DNA of 64,000 nucleotides, from positions 72,788,001 through 72,852,000 of the forward strand of contig OX597814.1 of assembly GCA_951406725.2 (NCBI GenBank), read 5' to 3'. The first letter of the stretch is position 1; each line of letters opens with the position of its first letter. The DNA is from Octopus vulgaris. Its lineage: Eukaryota. This document shows positions 24,130 through 37,259 of this stretch, one piece after another. The notes beneath the pieces are model-generated. The model ran no database searches. It had not been told where the DNA came from and saw only the letters and a list, made by a program, of their open reading frames with translations. Position numbers and translations under genes: made by a program.

Positions 24130-25506
24130 AAAACATGAGTTTCCTTTTTACAATTTTCTCCTTTTACACAAGGACATGAGACTTTTTTTTGTCTTTCTTG
24201 GATTTTTTCAGCGAAAATATAAGGCATCCCTCGTGAGTGAAATTATACTATGAAATCCTCTGTGTCTTACATATTCGAAAAATACAAGTAGTAAGTTACT
24301 TTCTCGAGAATATAGTCTGGATGAATGGCTTTTATCGTAAACTCATAAAAATAATATATACAATCTCCCAGACAACGATGACATTGACTGAGATCTAGAT
24401 ATTAAGGTAAAAAAAAATCAGCCAGATTTTTCAAGTGAATTAGAAATAGAATGTGATAGTAAGAGAAACAAAAAGAGACATATCATTGATAATAAAAGGA
24501 AAGATAGTGTAAGAAGAGAAAACACAGAAAAGAAGAAGAAAACGAAAGAAAAGTAAAGCGTGAACGATAAAAGAGAGAGGCGTGGAAGAAATGGAAAAGA
24601 GAGGTTAAAGAGTAATGAGTCAATGAGAGTAGTGAAGAGAGTGAAATACAAATGGGTAAAATGAGGGAGAGTTGAAGAGAAGGAAGAATAAAGGAGGAAA
24701 TGAAAGAAAAATAATGGAAGAAACAATGAAATGCGAGATGGTGCGAATGAGAAGGAGAAAGAGAAAGTGAAAGGTAAGGCGGTAATGATTTCCAATAGTA
24801 AGCCAGAAATCAAAAGCAAAAAGGGAAAAGATAAGTTGTATGGACAAGCAGTGAATATCGTTCGGGTTTGTCTCCGAGATGGATAGTTTTGTATTGTTAG
24901 CCGTCTATTCACTACAAATATTGAATTTTGTTTCATTGAATATTACTTAAGTGACTGGTACAGAAGGAAACGGGCTAGGCAGATTATAACGAGTTTCGTC
25001 ACATTGTCTGAGGAGAAACAAAGCTTGTTTTAGATTGATTTATTAATATTTCTTTTTATTTTATTATTATTTTTTAGGTAAAAAGCAAGTTGTTGTCGTT
25101 GTTGTTTAGCCCCAGGTCAACCATGACTGAGCAACCAATGATTAAATTCATTCTAGCCGTCACTATCGCATCTTTCTGTGGATTACATTGTTTTAAAACA
25201 ACGGTGTGGTGTAATTTAAGAGAGATTTGGTAGTAATTCCAGTGGATTGAGTGCACATCAAATCTCCCTTCTAGGTTTGTCAAAAGCAATATAAATTTCA
25301 GTGGTGCTCATCTTGGAGTAGAACTAAATTCCCGCCTAGTTGAAACTGCAATAGAATTTCAATTCCTATTCCAGACAACAACAACAACAGCAACAAAAGT
25401 ATTTTTTCATCACAAAGTCGAATAGCAGTTGAAGAACAAGAGAGAATGAACATGTTATTACATGGAATATGAACACAACGCCTATTTGTTGGTGACATGG
25501 TCATGT

Positions 25507-25558
<52 letters not shown>
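25507..25558. repeat. (TAC)n microsatellite
   Basis: Direct reading. Confidence 0.95.
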
Positions 25559-25559
<1 letters not shown>

Positions 25560-25599
25560 GTTGAATACATCGACCCCAGCTTATGACACGGTGTTACAT

Positions 25600-27325
25600 A
25601 ATTGGATAGTGTAATGTTTGTAAATGTTTGGTATTGCAGCTAACATTAGAGAGTTTCTGGTGAGCAGTATGGATGGTTGGAAGACTGAGCTGACATCATG
25701 TAGACAGACATTAGGAGTTGTGAACATCAAGAGAAGAATATTCCAAGGAGACTTTCTTTCGCCTTTGATGTTTGTATTGTATATGGTTCCATTTTCATCA
25801 GTGTTGAGAAGAGCAAAGATTGGTTATGCGTTGGGAGTTTAAGATAAACCACCTGCTGTTCATGGATGATCTAAAACTCTTTGGGAAATCCTATAAACAG
25901 ATTGATTCCCTTCTACAGACAGTTCATACATTCAACATGGTCATAAGAATGGAATTTGGCATGAAAAAAAGTGTGGGGTGTTGTTACTGAAGAGAAGTAG
26001 AATTGATAAACTGGAAAGAATTATAATACCAGACGGACAAGTTATGTAAGAAATTGACGACAGCGAGTACTTAGGCATCCTGGAAGCAGGTAAAATGAAA
26101 GAGAAGGAAATGAAAGAACAATTATCAAAGAAATACACACGGGGATTGAAAATGATGTTAAAGATAAAGTTAAATGGTAGGAATACGATACTGAGTATCA
26201 ACAGGTCGTTGGAGCAATAAGGTATAGCGCTGGTATGATAGATGGAGAAGTGAACTTAAGTTGCTTGATAGAGAGACACTACAAGGGAATCTACACCCCT
26301 AAAGTGACGTGGGCAGGTTGTATCTATCGCGACAGAAGGAAAGAAGAGGTCTTATTAGCTGTGAAATGTGTGTGAAGTTTGAGGAAAATAATCTGGCATG
26401 TTATGTAATGAATTCAAAGGAGAGATTTATGGCAAGAGTAAGAAAAATAAACGTCCTAAGCAGTGATGAAGCAAAGGAAAAGGGAGAATTTAAACAAGAC
26501 AGCCAGAACGATACCTTGAATAGATGGAAAGAAAAAATATATGGTCAATTCTTGCAGGAAATGCATAAGTCATTTGACAAAGATAAGACCTGGGAATGGA
26601 TTAGGAAAAGTGACTTGTAAGTTGAAACTGAAGCCCTTATCTTCGTAGCCAAAGAACAGGCACTGAGAACGAAACATTTAAAGTTCATATTGACAAGTCA
26701 GTGACTTCCCCACTTTGTAGTTTATATGATGAGAAAGGTGAAGCAATAAACCACGTCATAAGTGAATGTAAGATGCTTGCACAGAAAGAGTACAAGAAAA
26801 GGCAATGCAACATTGTCAGATTGATTCGCTGGAAGTTCTATCGTAAATATGACGTGCAGAAGGGAGATATGATATGAACACCAGCCGTAAAGGGTAGCTG
26901 AAAACGAACAATGTTAGATCTTGTGGGACATGACCATCCATTGTGATCATGTTATCGTGGCTTAAAAACCTGACATTGTTGTAGAAAGGAAGAAGAATAA
27001 AGCGATTATTGTGGATATTGCTTCACTGTGAGACCATAAGGTGAATGGAACAGAGAATCAGGCATTTAGAAGTGGTACTAATTGTGATTGGAGCACTGGT
27101 AGCAATTATAAAAGGTTGGATGCATGGCTTGAGAATCTACGGATTACCATCAGGACGGGACTGTTGCAGAAAATAGCCCTGTTAGGAACGGCAAGGATTC
27201 TAAGGAGGGTGTTAGAAAGTTGAAGGAGACGGAATGACCCAAAAGACCTTTGGCCATTGGATATGACTCACTTTTTTTGGTATAGTGTCAGAATAACATC
27301 TGCCAGGGCAAAAGCATCACGGGTA
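25600..27325 (+). mobile_element. R4/Dong-like non-LTR retrotransposon (RT plus restriction-like endonuclease), 5'-truncated, decayed
   Basis: Motifs IFQGD.LSPL.F, INHLLFMDDLKL, RLYL.R...RGL, INHVISEC..LA.KEY, KPDIVV, IIVDIA and the end LQK.ALLGTARILRRVL*; followed by a (GAT)n run. Confidence 0.88.
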
Positions 27326-27344
27326 ATGATGATGATGATGATGA

Positions 27345-27845
27345 ATGCTCTGATTGCAGTACCAGGCAGTGGCTCTCATGACTTCTCAACTGATTGGAAG
27401 TGTTATCATGTACATTGTTTTGTCTTGGTATAAAAGATGGGCTACTGCAAATATTCTGCTCAATACCACAAATTTGCTTGTCAATTGTTTGACTTTAATC
27501 AGTTGAGCTTAGTGGCTGATGATATGTGCATCTCTGATCACGAACAGAAGTAGTGGGGGAGCATCATAGCCATGTATTGAGAGGAATTCTTTGGGGTTTG
27601 GATAATTCACCCTTGCAAACATGGGAACTTTTGAGCAGGATGGGCTAACCAACCTGCAGAAAATTCTAACTGGGCCCCACCTGCAAGGTCATGCGCTGTT
27701 TACCTTGATATGAGATCACCATGTCGCGCACATATGGTTGTGATGCATGTGCCTGGTGTACCCTTATCATCCGGGTAGTTATGAAGGGTGTACTGGGGTT
27801 CGTATATTTTACCCTAGTGTCACTTTGATGGCTCTCTCACTCAAG
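27345..27845. repeat. Unclassified interspersed repeat between microsatellite and LINE fragments
   Basis: A non-coding block of about 500 bp with sharp boundaries; resembles an abundant cephalopod repeat from memory, unverified. Confidence 0.35.
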
Positions 27846-27849
27846 AAAA

Positions 27850-28140
27850 AGAAATTGTCAGTACAAAGACCTCGAAATTGAATTATTTAAGATGTAAAGG
27901 TACCAGTAAAACAATACTAGTTGTGGGTAATGAAGAAAGTGGACATGATTATAATCGTGACTGGTGTACTTAGAAACATCAGTGACTGATGCACTTGGAG
28001 CATTGGGCACGATAAAAAGAAACATATAAGCAAAAACGTAGAAGCTATACCTGGATCTTCAACACTACACACTGTCTAAAATAATCCCCCATCTCTGCTA
28101 GAAACAGCCCACATCCTACACGAGACACTGTCAATTCAAT
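27850..28140 (+). mobile_element. R4/Dong-like LINE 3' fragment
   Basis: Decayed endonuclease C-terminus (YKDLEIEL, LGALGTI, LLETAHILHETLSI). Confidence 0.6.
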
Positions 28141-28459
28141 AATACAACCTAAAGAAACAATCCACAAACACAAGACACTCTATACAGCAAATATCCAATG
28201 AAATAAACTGCCACCAGCAATCCGATTACCCAAGGCATTACACGCACAACACACCCTAATACAACAAAAGACTGCACCACACCTCAAAAAAGAAAAAAAA
28301 AGAAACTAATGCAATACAATATGGGGGAGAATTTGCACATTCCCTTCAACAAAAAAGAACACAGTGCAGCACACACACACACACTAGCAACACGGAAGTG
28401 TAGTAGGTGATGCTGTAGAAATTTGCCTGAAACTGCCAAATGTTGAACAATAATAATAA

Positions 28460-29100
28460 TAAATGTGAAATGCAGAATGTGTGGTGAGATGGATGAAACA
28501 GTGTCCTACATTGTTAGTGAATGCCTGAAATTGGTATAACGTGAATAGAAAAGGCAACATGATAATACGGCAAGAATGATCCATTGGGAGCTCTGTGGAA
28601 ATTATGACCTAGAAATATCAAGGACGTGGTATGACCAAATCCCAGCAGGAGCTACTGAAAGTGAGGATTGCAAAATCCTGTGGGATGCAGTGATTTAGTG
28701 TGACCATCAGATTAAACACCGAAAACTTGACATTGTTGTAGTGATCAGAAAAAAAAATACATGCCTGATAATTGATATAGTATGTCCTAGTGACAACAGG
28801 ATTGACGAGAAAGAAGACGAAAAAGTGAAAAACTATGATGAATTGAAATTGGAAATACGTAGGTTGTGGGCAATGAAGAAAGTGGACTTAGAAAAATCAG
28901 TACCCATCTATCAACATGGCTCAAAAAGATTAGAACAAATGTAAAGATAGAAAATCTACAAAAATCATCATTGCCTGGAACTGCAAGAGTCCTCCGCAGG
29001 ATTCTTGAAGCGTGATCAGTAAACAAGTGTCACCTTAGTCTGTTGGCTATGGACAGCTGACATGTTCCATCATACCCAACAAAGCTGAGATTTTTCATGA
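28460..29100 (+). mobile_element. R4/Dong-like LINE 3' fragment
   Basis: ETV..IVSEC, RQHDN.AR.IHWELC, KILWD, LDIVV, CLIIDI.CP.D and GTARVLRRIL*; followed by (GAT)n. Confidence 0.82.
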
Positions 29101-29139
29101 TGATGATGATGATGACTACGACGATGATGATGGTGATGG

Positions 29140-31010
29140 TGATGTACACGGGGACACTGAAATACCTGGGTCGGTGTCCAGGGCAGATAGAGATTTGCGT
29201 GCCTTGGTTAGAAGTCCATCTAGTGCTGGCGCCCTGTTTAATTAAACAGATGCGAATAACAATTAACACTCTAGATAAGGAATAACCTTTTATCAACGGA
29301 TTCATTCTTGTAATGATGGAAAGAAATGATGAAACAAGAAACTACCAAGGTTATGGGACTGTCGAAAGAGCAACTGGAGGATTTATGTTCAGGTACAGTT
29401 GGGAGTGGAAGCCCATGTTCCCACCAGTTGTCATCCAGTGTTACTTTTGTGTTCTTAAGGCTAGCCTTAAGAACACAAAAGTAACACTCTATCACTAGAA
29501 AGAAAGTTGGAGATAGGAAAGAGAAAGCAGAAGGTCGAAAACACTGCTCGCTTCTTGAATCAGAAGCACTTTGTAAACGTTGCATCGGAAGAAGGATTCA
29601 CCAACTTTGAAATGAAAAAGAAATGCTTAAAACCAGTGCGACCTAACTTATGAACCAAATCCATGTTATACGGAAAAAGAATAAAGTGCAATGTTGCGAA
29701 GATTGTTTGATCCGCATGATTTTGATGAATAGAAAATGATAATGAAATTAGTGTTGATGAATCTTAGAGCACAGAGGAGGATGTAGTAAGTGTAATAGGT
29801 GAAAATAGTTGAAAGCAGGATTGTGATACAGATGCAAGGGAATATGCTCGTGGAGACCAAGCACCCCAGGGACAGTTACCCTCTGGCCTAGGAGACAATG
29901 AACAGGAAATACTCGACAGACTAACTTAATTGACAGTATGTTATAATTAACAAGATCCAATCAGTCTATTGTCTGTTGATAATAAGAAACCGTATAGTGA
30001 AACCATGAAGGAAGATAGAGTCCTGCAGTACGTACGGAAGGACAATATGACAGAATTACGGGAACTGCAGAGGGCAGTTACAGTTGTAATAGAAGAACGT
30101 ATAGATACTTGGCAGAAGGACAAAGGAGTCTTAGTGAAAAAGGAGAATTGAACGAGGCATCCTAGCAACTCCGAAAAAAAAAAAATCTTTGGAAGACAGA
30201 GAGTTAGTATATGGGTGTTGAAGAATTTCAAGAAATATGAGCAACGAATTCCAAACAGTTTTCGAACAGTGAGAAAAGTAATTATGGTGTGGATCTCTAA
30301 TAAAGTGGTAAAACTCATGAGTTACTCCGAAAAATTCGATCAATACGTGCAAATTAAGTTCTTTTATTCAAACCAGCGGCAGTTTAATAGAAATTTGAGC
30401 AGTAAAAGCGGAGAATGTATGCCTTCTGATCCAGAAGAAGTAATATATTTTTGGTCCGGTTAAGGGGTTGCCGAACTGGAAAGCAGCAAGCTTGGATGGA
30501 ATCCAAGGCTTCTGGGTGAAATAATTCAAGAATATACAACGGAAACTGGCTTTTCACCTGGACCGATGCTCTTTCGATGATATAATACCCGACAGGATGG
30601 TTGAAGGACAAAAGACTCTCACCATGAAAGACATATCCAAGGGTTCCGTCACTAATTAACGGGCAATTACATGCTTTAATTTGATATGGAAAATTTTAAT
30701 TGAAATAACTGACGACTATGTGTACATATATCTGGAACAAATGACTTACTACCTGTCCAGCAGAAAGACCGCAAAAAACAGTCACAAGGCGCAAAAGATC
30801 ACCTGACAGCCGACAAAATAGTTCTGAAGATCCGAAGAAGCGTAAAAAAAAAAACGAAAAATACGAAAAAAGTTTGTTGATGGTCTAGATAGATTTTAAA
30901 AAGTGTACAATATGGTATTGTACTTATGGATATTGGAGTCCCTAAACACGCTTAAGAATGTTGAGAAAGTGCAAAATGTAACGGGTAAGAATATAGGAAT
31001 ATGGAGAAAC
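29140..31010 (+). mobile_element. R4/Dong-like LINE, 5'/N-terminal portion, heavily decayed
   Basis: F..NQRQF.RNL, P..EE...FWS and traces of the early RT region (QQK...K.S.G.KDHL..DK). Confidence 0.55.
29437..29488. repeat. Perfect 52-bp palindrome
   Basis: AGTGTTACTTTTGTGTTCTTAAGGCT|AGCCTTAAGAACACAAAAGTAACACT; the ORF track shows CYFCVLKASLKNTKVTL on both strands. Confidence 0.95.
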
Positions 31011-31966
31011 TATCCTATTTAGAAATAGAATTCAAAAGCAGTTTTTTTTTTCCAATAGCAAAAATATCCTTAATAGTGGAGCAGTCCACGTAGGGTAATT
31101 CTAGGGGAAACCCTACAACTTGCGGTTTTAAGATTTTAATACTAGAGTGATCAGTAATAAGCCTCCAAATGATAGAGAATAAGTACATACAGTATACTGA
31201 AATACAAATAGATAGAATAAGTACATAACTGTTCATGTTTTAAAGATCTCAGCAACGGATTTCTTTTGGTGAAAAATTTGTTGTCCAGTAGGACAACAAT
31301 ATAAATTTATACCGGAATCTGCTATGAAATACAATTCGGAAAAGAAAGGGTCTCTTTTGTAATTTTAAACTGCATTTCGTACATAAACTGACTAAAAACC
31401 TATCAAGTATAAGACAAATGTATATTTGTATAATACACTCTTGAACATGCAGGTTTCGGCAAAAATGTCATCGTCAAATGTTATGATAATCAAAGATTGA
31501 CTTAGTTCGGCTTATTAATTTGCATAAATGAAATATCTCAAATTTTTTAAGTAGCACGCGAACCAAATTCGATATGTTGATAACTTTAAACTGTATATTT
31601 TTGAACAACCAGTTGAATATCTCATTAAATATGCAAATTAGGTACAATAATTTTTGAAATTTTTAACTGGGCCACATTCGTCTATAAAATTTGACATATG
31701 CTTTACTACGTCTCAATACAATTATATTGTAAACTGTCAATAACATAACTCTTGAGAAATATTTCATAGCTACTTGTGTAAACTGGTGTGACCAGTTGTG
31801 TCCCTTCATGTTAAACATAAAACTTAATGATTCAATAAAGTAGCTCATTGAAATAAGTACTGGGGTGGGTGTCATCGATTAAAAGCCTTGAAAGCGATAT
31901 CCCAGTTCACCACAGTCGTTGGACTCAGTTCAATGACTGAAATTATGTTGACTGCTAGTGAAGGAT

Positions 31967-31971
31967 TGTTA

Positions 31972-32002
<31 letters not shown>

Positions 32003-32017
32003 TGTTGTTGTTGTTGT

Positions 32018-32048
<31 letters not shown>

Positions 32049-32097
32049 CATGATGATGATCATGATGATGACGACGACGACGACGACGACGATGATG
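31967..32097. repeat. Compound (TCG)(TTG)(ATG)(ACG) trinucleotide microsatellite
   Basis: Direct reading. Confidence 0.93.
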
Positions 32098-33659
32098 GTA
32101 GTAGGAGAGAAGATGGTGATTTTGCTATTGCCATTTAAGTTTGTATTTGTCAAATTGTAAATGTCGACAAAGACATTTACAGTTTGACAAACACAAAAGT
32201 GTCTATACAAGTCCTTTTCTTCGGTTTATCTTTTTCCTTTTTAATTGTTTCAGTATTTTCAAAACCTTGGGAGACGTATAGTCAACATCTTTTCCCACCA
32301 CCTCACAGACGGACACTTTTTAATCACAAATAGCAAAATCGATTTTTGCAAAACTTTGTGCACAAAATATGTTTGGGACGAACCGTTTCTTTCTTCTTTT
32401 TTTTTCTACTCCAGAATATTCGTAAAAGGAACAAAAAGTAATATTTTTTCCATCAAGTACTTCCTAAGAAAAAGTTACTTTGAAGCGGAGTTGTATAAAA
32501 CGTTGACCATTCTGAGCAAACAAACACAAGAACCACAATTGGCCACAAGGATCTAAGCATATAATACAAACATGTGAAGTAAAGAATGGTAACAAAAACA
32601 TGTTGAATTGTAAATAGACAATAAACGGGAGATGAAGCAAAACATAATCCACTATGAGAATTAAAACACTTATCCATACAAGAGTGAAAAGCCACCAAAT
32701 TCATCCGTAGACATTCCCATATCATCTGGGTAGATAGACTATTCGCATAGTTTTTACCAATCATCTTTGGGTTTGATATAGCTGCCCCTTGGCTCCTCAA
32801 CCAACACAGTATTTCAGTATTTTTGTCGTCTCTTAGGTACGTATTTTTTATCTATTTACTATGTTGGGGGTACACTTGTGAAACTCATGCATTCTAGAAA
32901 TGTGGATGCGTCTTTGTTAGAGAATTACAGCAATCTACTTTTCTTTTTATTTTCCTCGATATTTACAATTTTTCCTATCCCCTCATCACAGTAAAGCGAT
33001 GTTTTGAAATTGCAGCACGGAGTCTCTGATCAGTTCTTTAATGAATAGAAATGTGACCCTCCGTTTTCTAGGGGACCTCACTTTGTAAGCCTCTGATGTT
33101 GGGGATGCCAAGAAGGAAGAGATTATCTCCTTTTCTATCAATCTTGAATGAGCGTTTCATGGGGTTATGGCAGCAGCAATGACAGCAACGTCTTTTGTGT
33201 CGCAGGAGTTAGCTGGGTTATCCGCTGATGCCTTTACCTTTTTAAAAAATTTTAACACATTTTTGTCCTTTTGAGTAGTTAACCTTCAAATAGTTCTTTC
33301 GACACTTGTAGCAACTTGGATTTCTGTCCTTTGACGGACCACTTTTCTGCTCTCACAATATATTGCGATAGCGTTGTGGTCTTCAGAGGCCATTAGAACC
33401 AGGAGATCCATATAGACTTCATCTGATCACACGGTGCAGGACACCTCTGTGTTTACTACCTGCCCTTATTGTTTCACACATGAAACAATTATCCAAGATC
33501 TCTGACTGTGACGCTTGTTTTACTCTTGTTTCAAAGACAGACTATTAATTGAAACGGACTATTCCTCAACTGACAATAGAACTGAATCATCAGCTTTTCT
33601 CAAAGACAAAAGCGAATAGCCTCCGCTTTTCAAGCGAAAAATACTGAGGTTACTTTTCG

Positions 33660-34500
33660 CTATCTTTCTTCCGTTCCATCTTGATCTTCTGACACTCTCA
33701 CCATCATTCCCTTGCTTATCTTGCCCTCTCTTACACTATCTGTATCTCGCTCTATCTCCCCCTCTCTCTGACTATCATGTTCTATCCTGACCCTACTCTC
33801 TCTAAATGTCTTTTTCTTGCTCTATCTTGCTCCTCTTTCTTTCTTTTTTCCTTTTTTTCGCCCTTTCTTGTCCATTTGCTCATTCTTTTTTTCGTTATAT
33901 CTTGCGACTCCCTTATACAATATTTCTATCTCTTACTATCTTTCTCTCGCTCAGTTTGCCTCTCTCTCTCTCTCTCTCTCTCAATATCTTTCACTCGCTC
34001 TCTCTTCCCCTTCTCTCTCCCTCTTTCACTGTTTCTTGTACTTCTCTCTCAGTATATTTCTCTGGCTCTATCTCCCCCTCTCTTACTATTTTTCAAAGTC
34101 CTCATTTTGCCTATGTCTCACTATCATTCTCTGGCTCTATCTTTACATTCTCTCTCACTATTTCTGCCTCACTCTATTTTCTCTTTCGCTCCCCTCTCTC
34201 TCTCTTCCACACACCATATTATTCTCTTGCTCTATCATGTATCTCTCTCTCTCTTTCTCTGTCTTTATCTTGCCACTCTCACAGTTTCTCTCTCGCTAAA
34301 TCATGTCGCTCTCTCTGTCACTTTCTCTTGCTCAAATCATACCGCTCTCGCTCCCTCACTTTCTCTCGCTCAATCTTTTTCTTCACTATCTCTATCTCTC
34401 TCTCTCTCTCTCTCGCATGCCCCCACACACATACACACACACGGGTGTACACACGCGTACACAACCACTATCTTTGTCTCTCTCTTATCTTGTCCCTCTC
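33660..34500. repeat. CT-rich low-complexity tract
   Basis: Degenerate (CT)n; explains the stop-poor Leu/Ser ORFs in all three plus frames. Confidence 0.9.
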
Positions 34501-34869
34501 ATACAGATGTGTGTTCCCTGGCTGCTCTCAAACATCTACGAGGATTTTTGGCGCCAAACTGCTTGAAAAGTGCGAAAAAGGCGCGAACCTCAAGGACGTC
34601 CATTTTTACTTTGTGGCGTAATATCCAGCTATCTATTGGTCGATAAATAAAACATACACATGATAATTGCTTGGTCCATGTGTGGCATTGGCCTGATAAC
34701 TTAGAGAATGGCGTTCAAATCCTAGGTCTCACTACGCTTTCATAAGTTCTCAGATAATACGCTTTGGGGTTAGCTATCACACCTTGATCCATTGGATAGA
34801 ACAAAGTTCTATCCTTGGAGATATGTACTACTCTCACATTATTCGAAAGTTAACTTAAATTTACTGGGT

Positions 34870-36140
34870 GACCTGGTGCATTGTCTACAAGGAACAATGC
34901 TCCGTTGGAAATATGTCTAGGATTCTACTTTTCTTCACGCCTCGAAAAGGCTCCTAGTCACCTTTGCCTCCTTATTTGGACGCTAAATCAGAGGTAAATT
35001 AACTTGAAAAGCCCTGTATTTTCGGAGAGATATTCTATCAGAAGCTCAACTTTCATATCACTAGTAGCATTTTCTCTCAGAAGAAGCGTCAGACAAATTA
35101 TGGAAACTTCCTTTTCCCCACTTTTTTTCTTGAGAAATAGATTTTTATTCTCGAGAAATAGTTCTAGTACACGAACATCCAGAAAAGTGCAGTTTCACCA
35201 AAATTGTACGCTTGCTCTGGTGTGTTGTTTTTGCCAGTTGTTCAGGAAAATAAGCAGCAGCCTCTGTATCAACACTAGCAGCTTCACTAAGTCATTTTTG
35301 TACTATGCAAATTCAATCACTTTTTAAACCTTTTAAACCAGAAAAGCCAGAAAAGGTTTTCATTAGAATTTCATCTTCCTTTTTCTGGAAATAGTCATAA
35401 AATTTTGGCTATTTTTTCCCCAATTACTATCATACTTATCTGTGCCTTACGTCAAATCTGATCCTTGATCAATACACTCAGGAGCTGTCCCATTTTAAGC
35501 ATCACGTTAGATCTATGAAAAAATATGATCCGACCTTAAGAGAGTAGCTTGTTGAGCACCTGGCTTAATTTTCTCGCTCTTGTCACGTATTGTTCTCGCT
35601 GTAGGCATTGCAATAACGATGCCAAATATTTTTCACTGTTTTCGCGGATTCTCATGACTCTGTCGCCATCCATTAGTATGAATTTGAATTGGGAGCTTGA
35701 GTCATAGTGAATCTTTCATTGGCTGATTACACAACCACGGATGCCATTCCTATGGATGCATTGCAGTTACTCACTTAATAGAGCTGTGTAGTCTTGACCA
35801 TTATTCCTCCAGGATTCTTCCGCTCATCAATGTAAGAAGCATCAATGTAAGAAGCATTGTTGGTTCATTTGAGTTCTTCCACTACCTCTTCACAATCTGC
35901 CATGTTGAAGTTCCATAACTTCGCCATATCCCTGGCAGGGTGGCTGAACACGTGCTATGCCTTGCCAAAGGATGGCCCATAACTATGCAAGATATGGTCG
36001 TTCAAGATTTAATGTTTTGGCAATCTAGCTGATGTTTTCCCTCCCGCTTCAAACCCTCTTAAAACTTAGTATCTAGTGTAATCGTTTTACGTTCCTTTTC
36101 TACTGGCTTTAGCTCCACTCGATCCCTTCTTTTCAGTCAT
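34870..36140 (-). pseudogene. Tigger/pogo (TIGD1-like) transposase fossil, interrupted at about 35660-36000 by another insertion
   Basis: Minus strand: RKTITLDTK near the N-terminus, then WFKRFKK, EAASVD.EAAA.FPE.L, PEQ.YN..ETALFW and LTLLL..NA..DMK. Confidence 0.75.
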
Positions 36141-36189
36141 TTTAAAATGATAGGTAAATCCAACTGCAGTAATAACCAACAATTATGCA

Positions 36190-37250
36190 CAACAGATATG
36201 TAAAAAAAATAGCATTAATAAAAAAAAACTATTCCGTGATAGTTTATCGGTTTCATCCTCTCTTTTCTTCATAATTGGAGTGGAGAGTATGCTTTTGGGG
36301 TAGTTGTTGCTTAATAGATTGTTACTGAACTTGATCATTTCTTCGTGGTGGGTATTACGATCGCTACTTATATTCATTGCTCGATGTTTTAGGTACTAAG
36401 CAATCCCTCTCTTTACACTGTATGGATGGTGGGAGTTGAAGTTGAGGTATCGTCCAGTGAAGGTCGGCTTGCGGTATACGTATGTCCTGAATCCATACTT
36501 GGTGCATGTTATTAATACGTCCAGGAATGCCAGCTGATTGTCTTTTTCTTTTTCCATTGTGAACTGTATGGATGGCTTTATTGAGTTCACATGATCTAAT
36601 AGCACTTGAACATCTTTCAAGTGGGGCAAGAATATGAAGGTGTCATCTGCATATCGCAGCTATAGGGTTGCTTTAGTGGTGTTGATCCCAAAGCCAAATT
36701 CTCAAAGTGTTCCATGTATATATTGGCTATTATCGGTGATAATGGCGAACCCATTGCTAAACCCTGTCGATAAATATCAGTGTCCATACTAAAGAAGGTA
36801 GTTTCTATACAAAAGGTCAACATTTTCATCAACTTTCTTATTGGTATACAAGTGCGTTCTTTTAGATGGGTGTCTGTCATCTATTTTTCTTGAATCACCG
36901 ATAGTGCTTCACCAGTTGGGACTTTGGTGAACAGACTTATCACATCTAGATTCACCATCTGGTTGGATTCAATAGGGGTATCCTTGATCAATTCTGTGAA
37001 GTAGGTGGGATTCTTCACGTATGATGTTGACTTTCTTGCTAATGGACTGATTATATCCACAGGGAAGCGGCTCAGTGGATGACATGCTGAACCTCACTAT
37101 AGGTCTTAATGGAATACCATCCTTGTGAATCTTAGGAAGACCGTACATGTGTGGTAGTTTACTGTAGTGTTGAGTCAGTTGTCTGTACTTCATTAGTGTA
37201 AAGTGATCCTTGTTCTTGATCAAGATCTGTGACAACTTCCTCTACTTTGC
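36190..37250 (-). mobile_element. Penelope-like element RT fragment
   Basis: PHMYGLPKIHKDGIPLRPIV, GLAMGSPLSPIIANIYME, IQFTMEKE....LAFLDV and VYRKPT.TGRYLNFNSHHP; frameshifted. Confidence 0.92.
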
Positions 37251-37259
37251 TGTAGCTAC

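Noticed and set aside
29147-29205. HDV-like ribozyme at the 5' end of the R4/Dong-like element
   Set aside because: GGACAC/GTGTCC could form P1, but I could not fit P2, P3, L3 or the catalytic J4/2.
33777-34646. 289-aa and 271-aa hydrophobic ORFs
   Set aside because: CT-rich low complexity removes stop codons in all plus frames.
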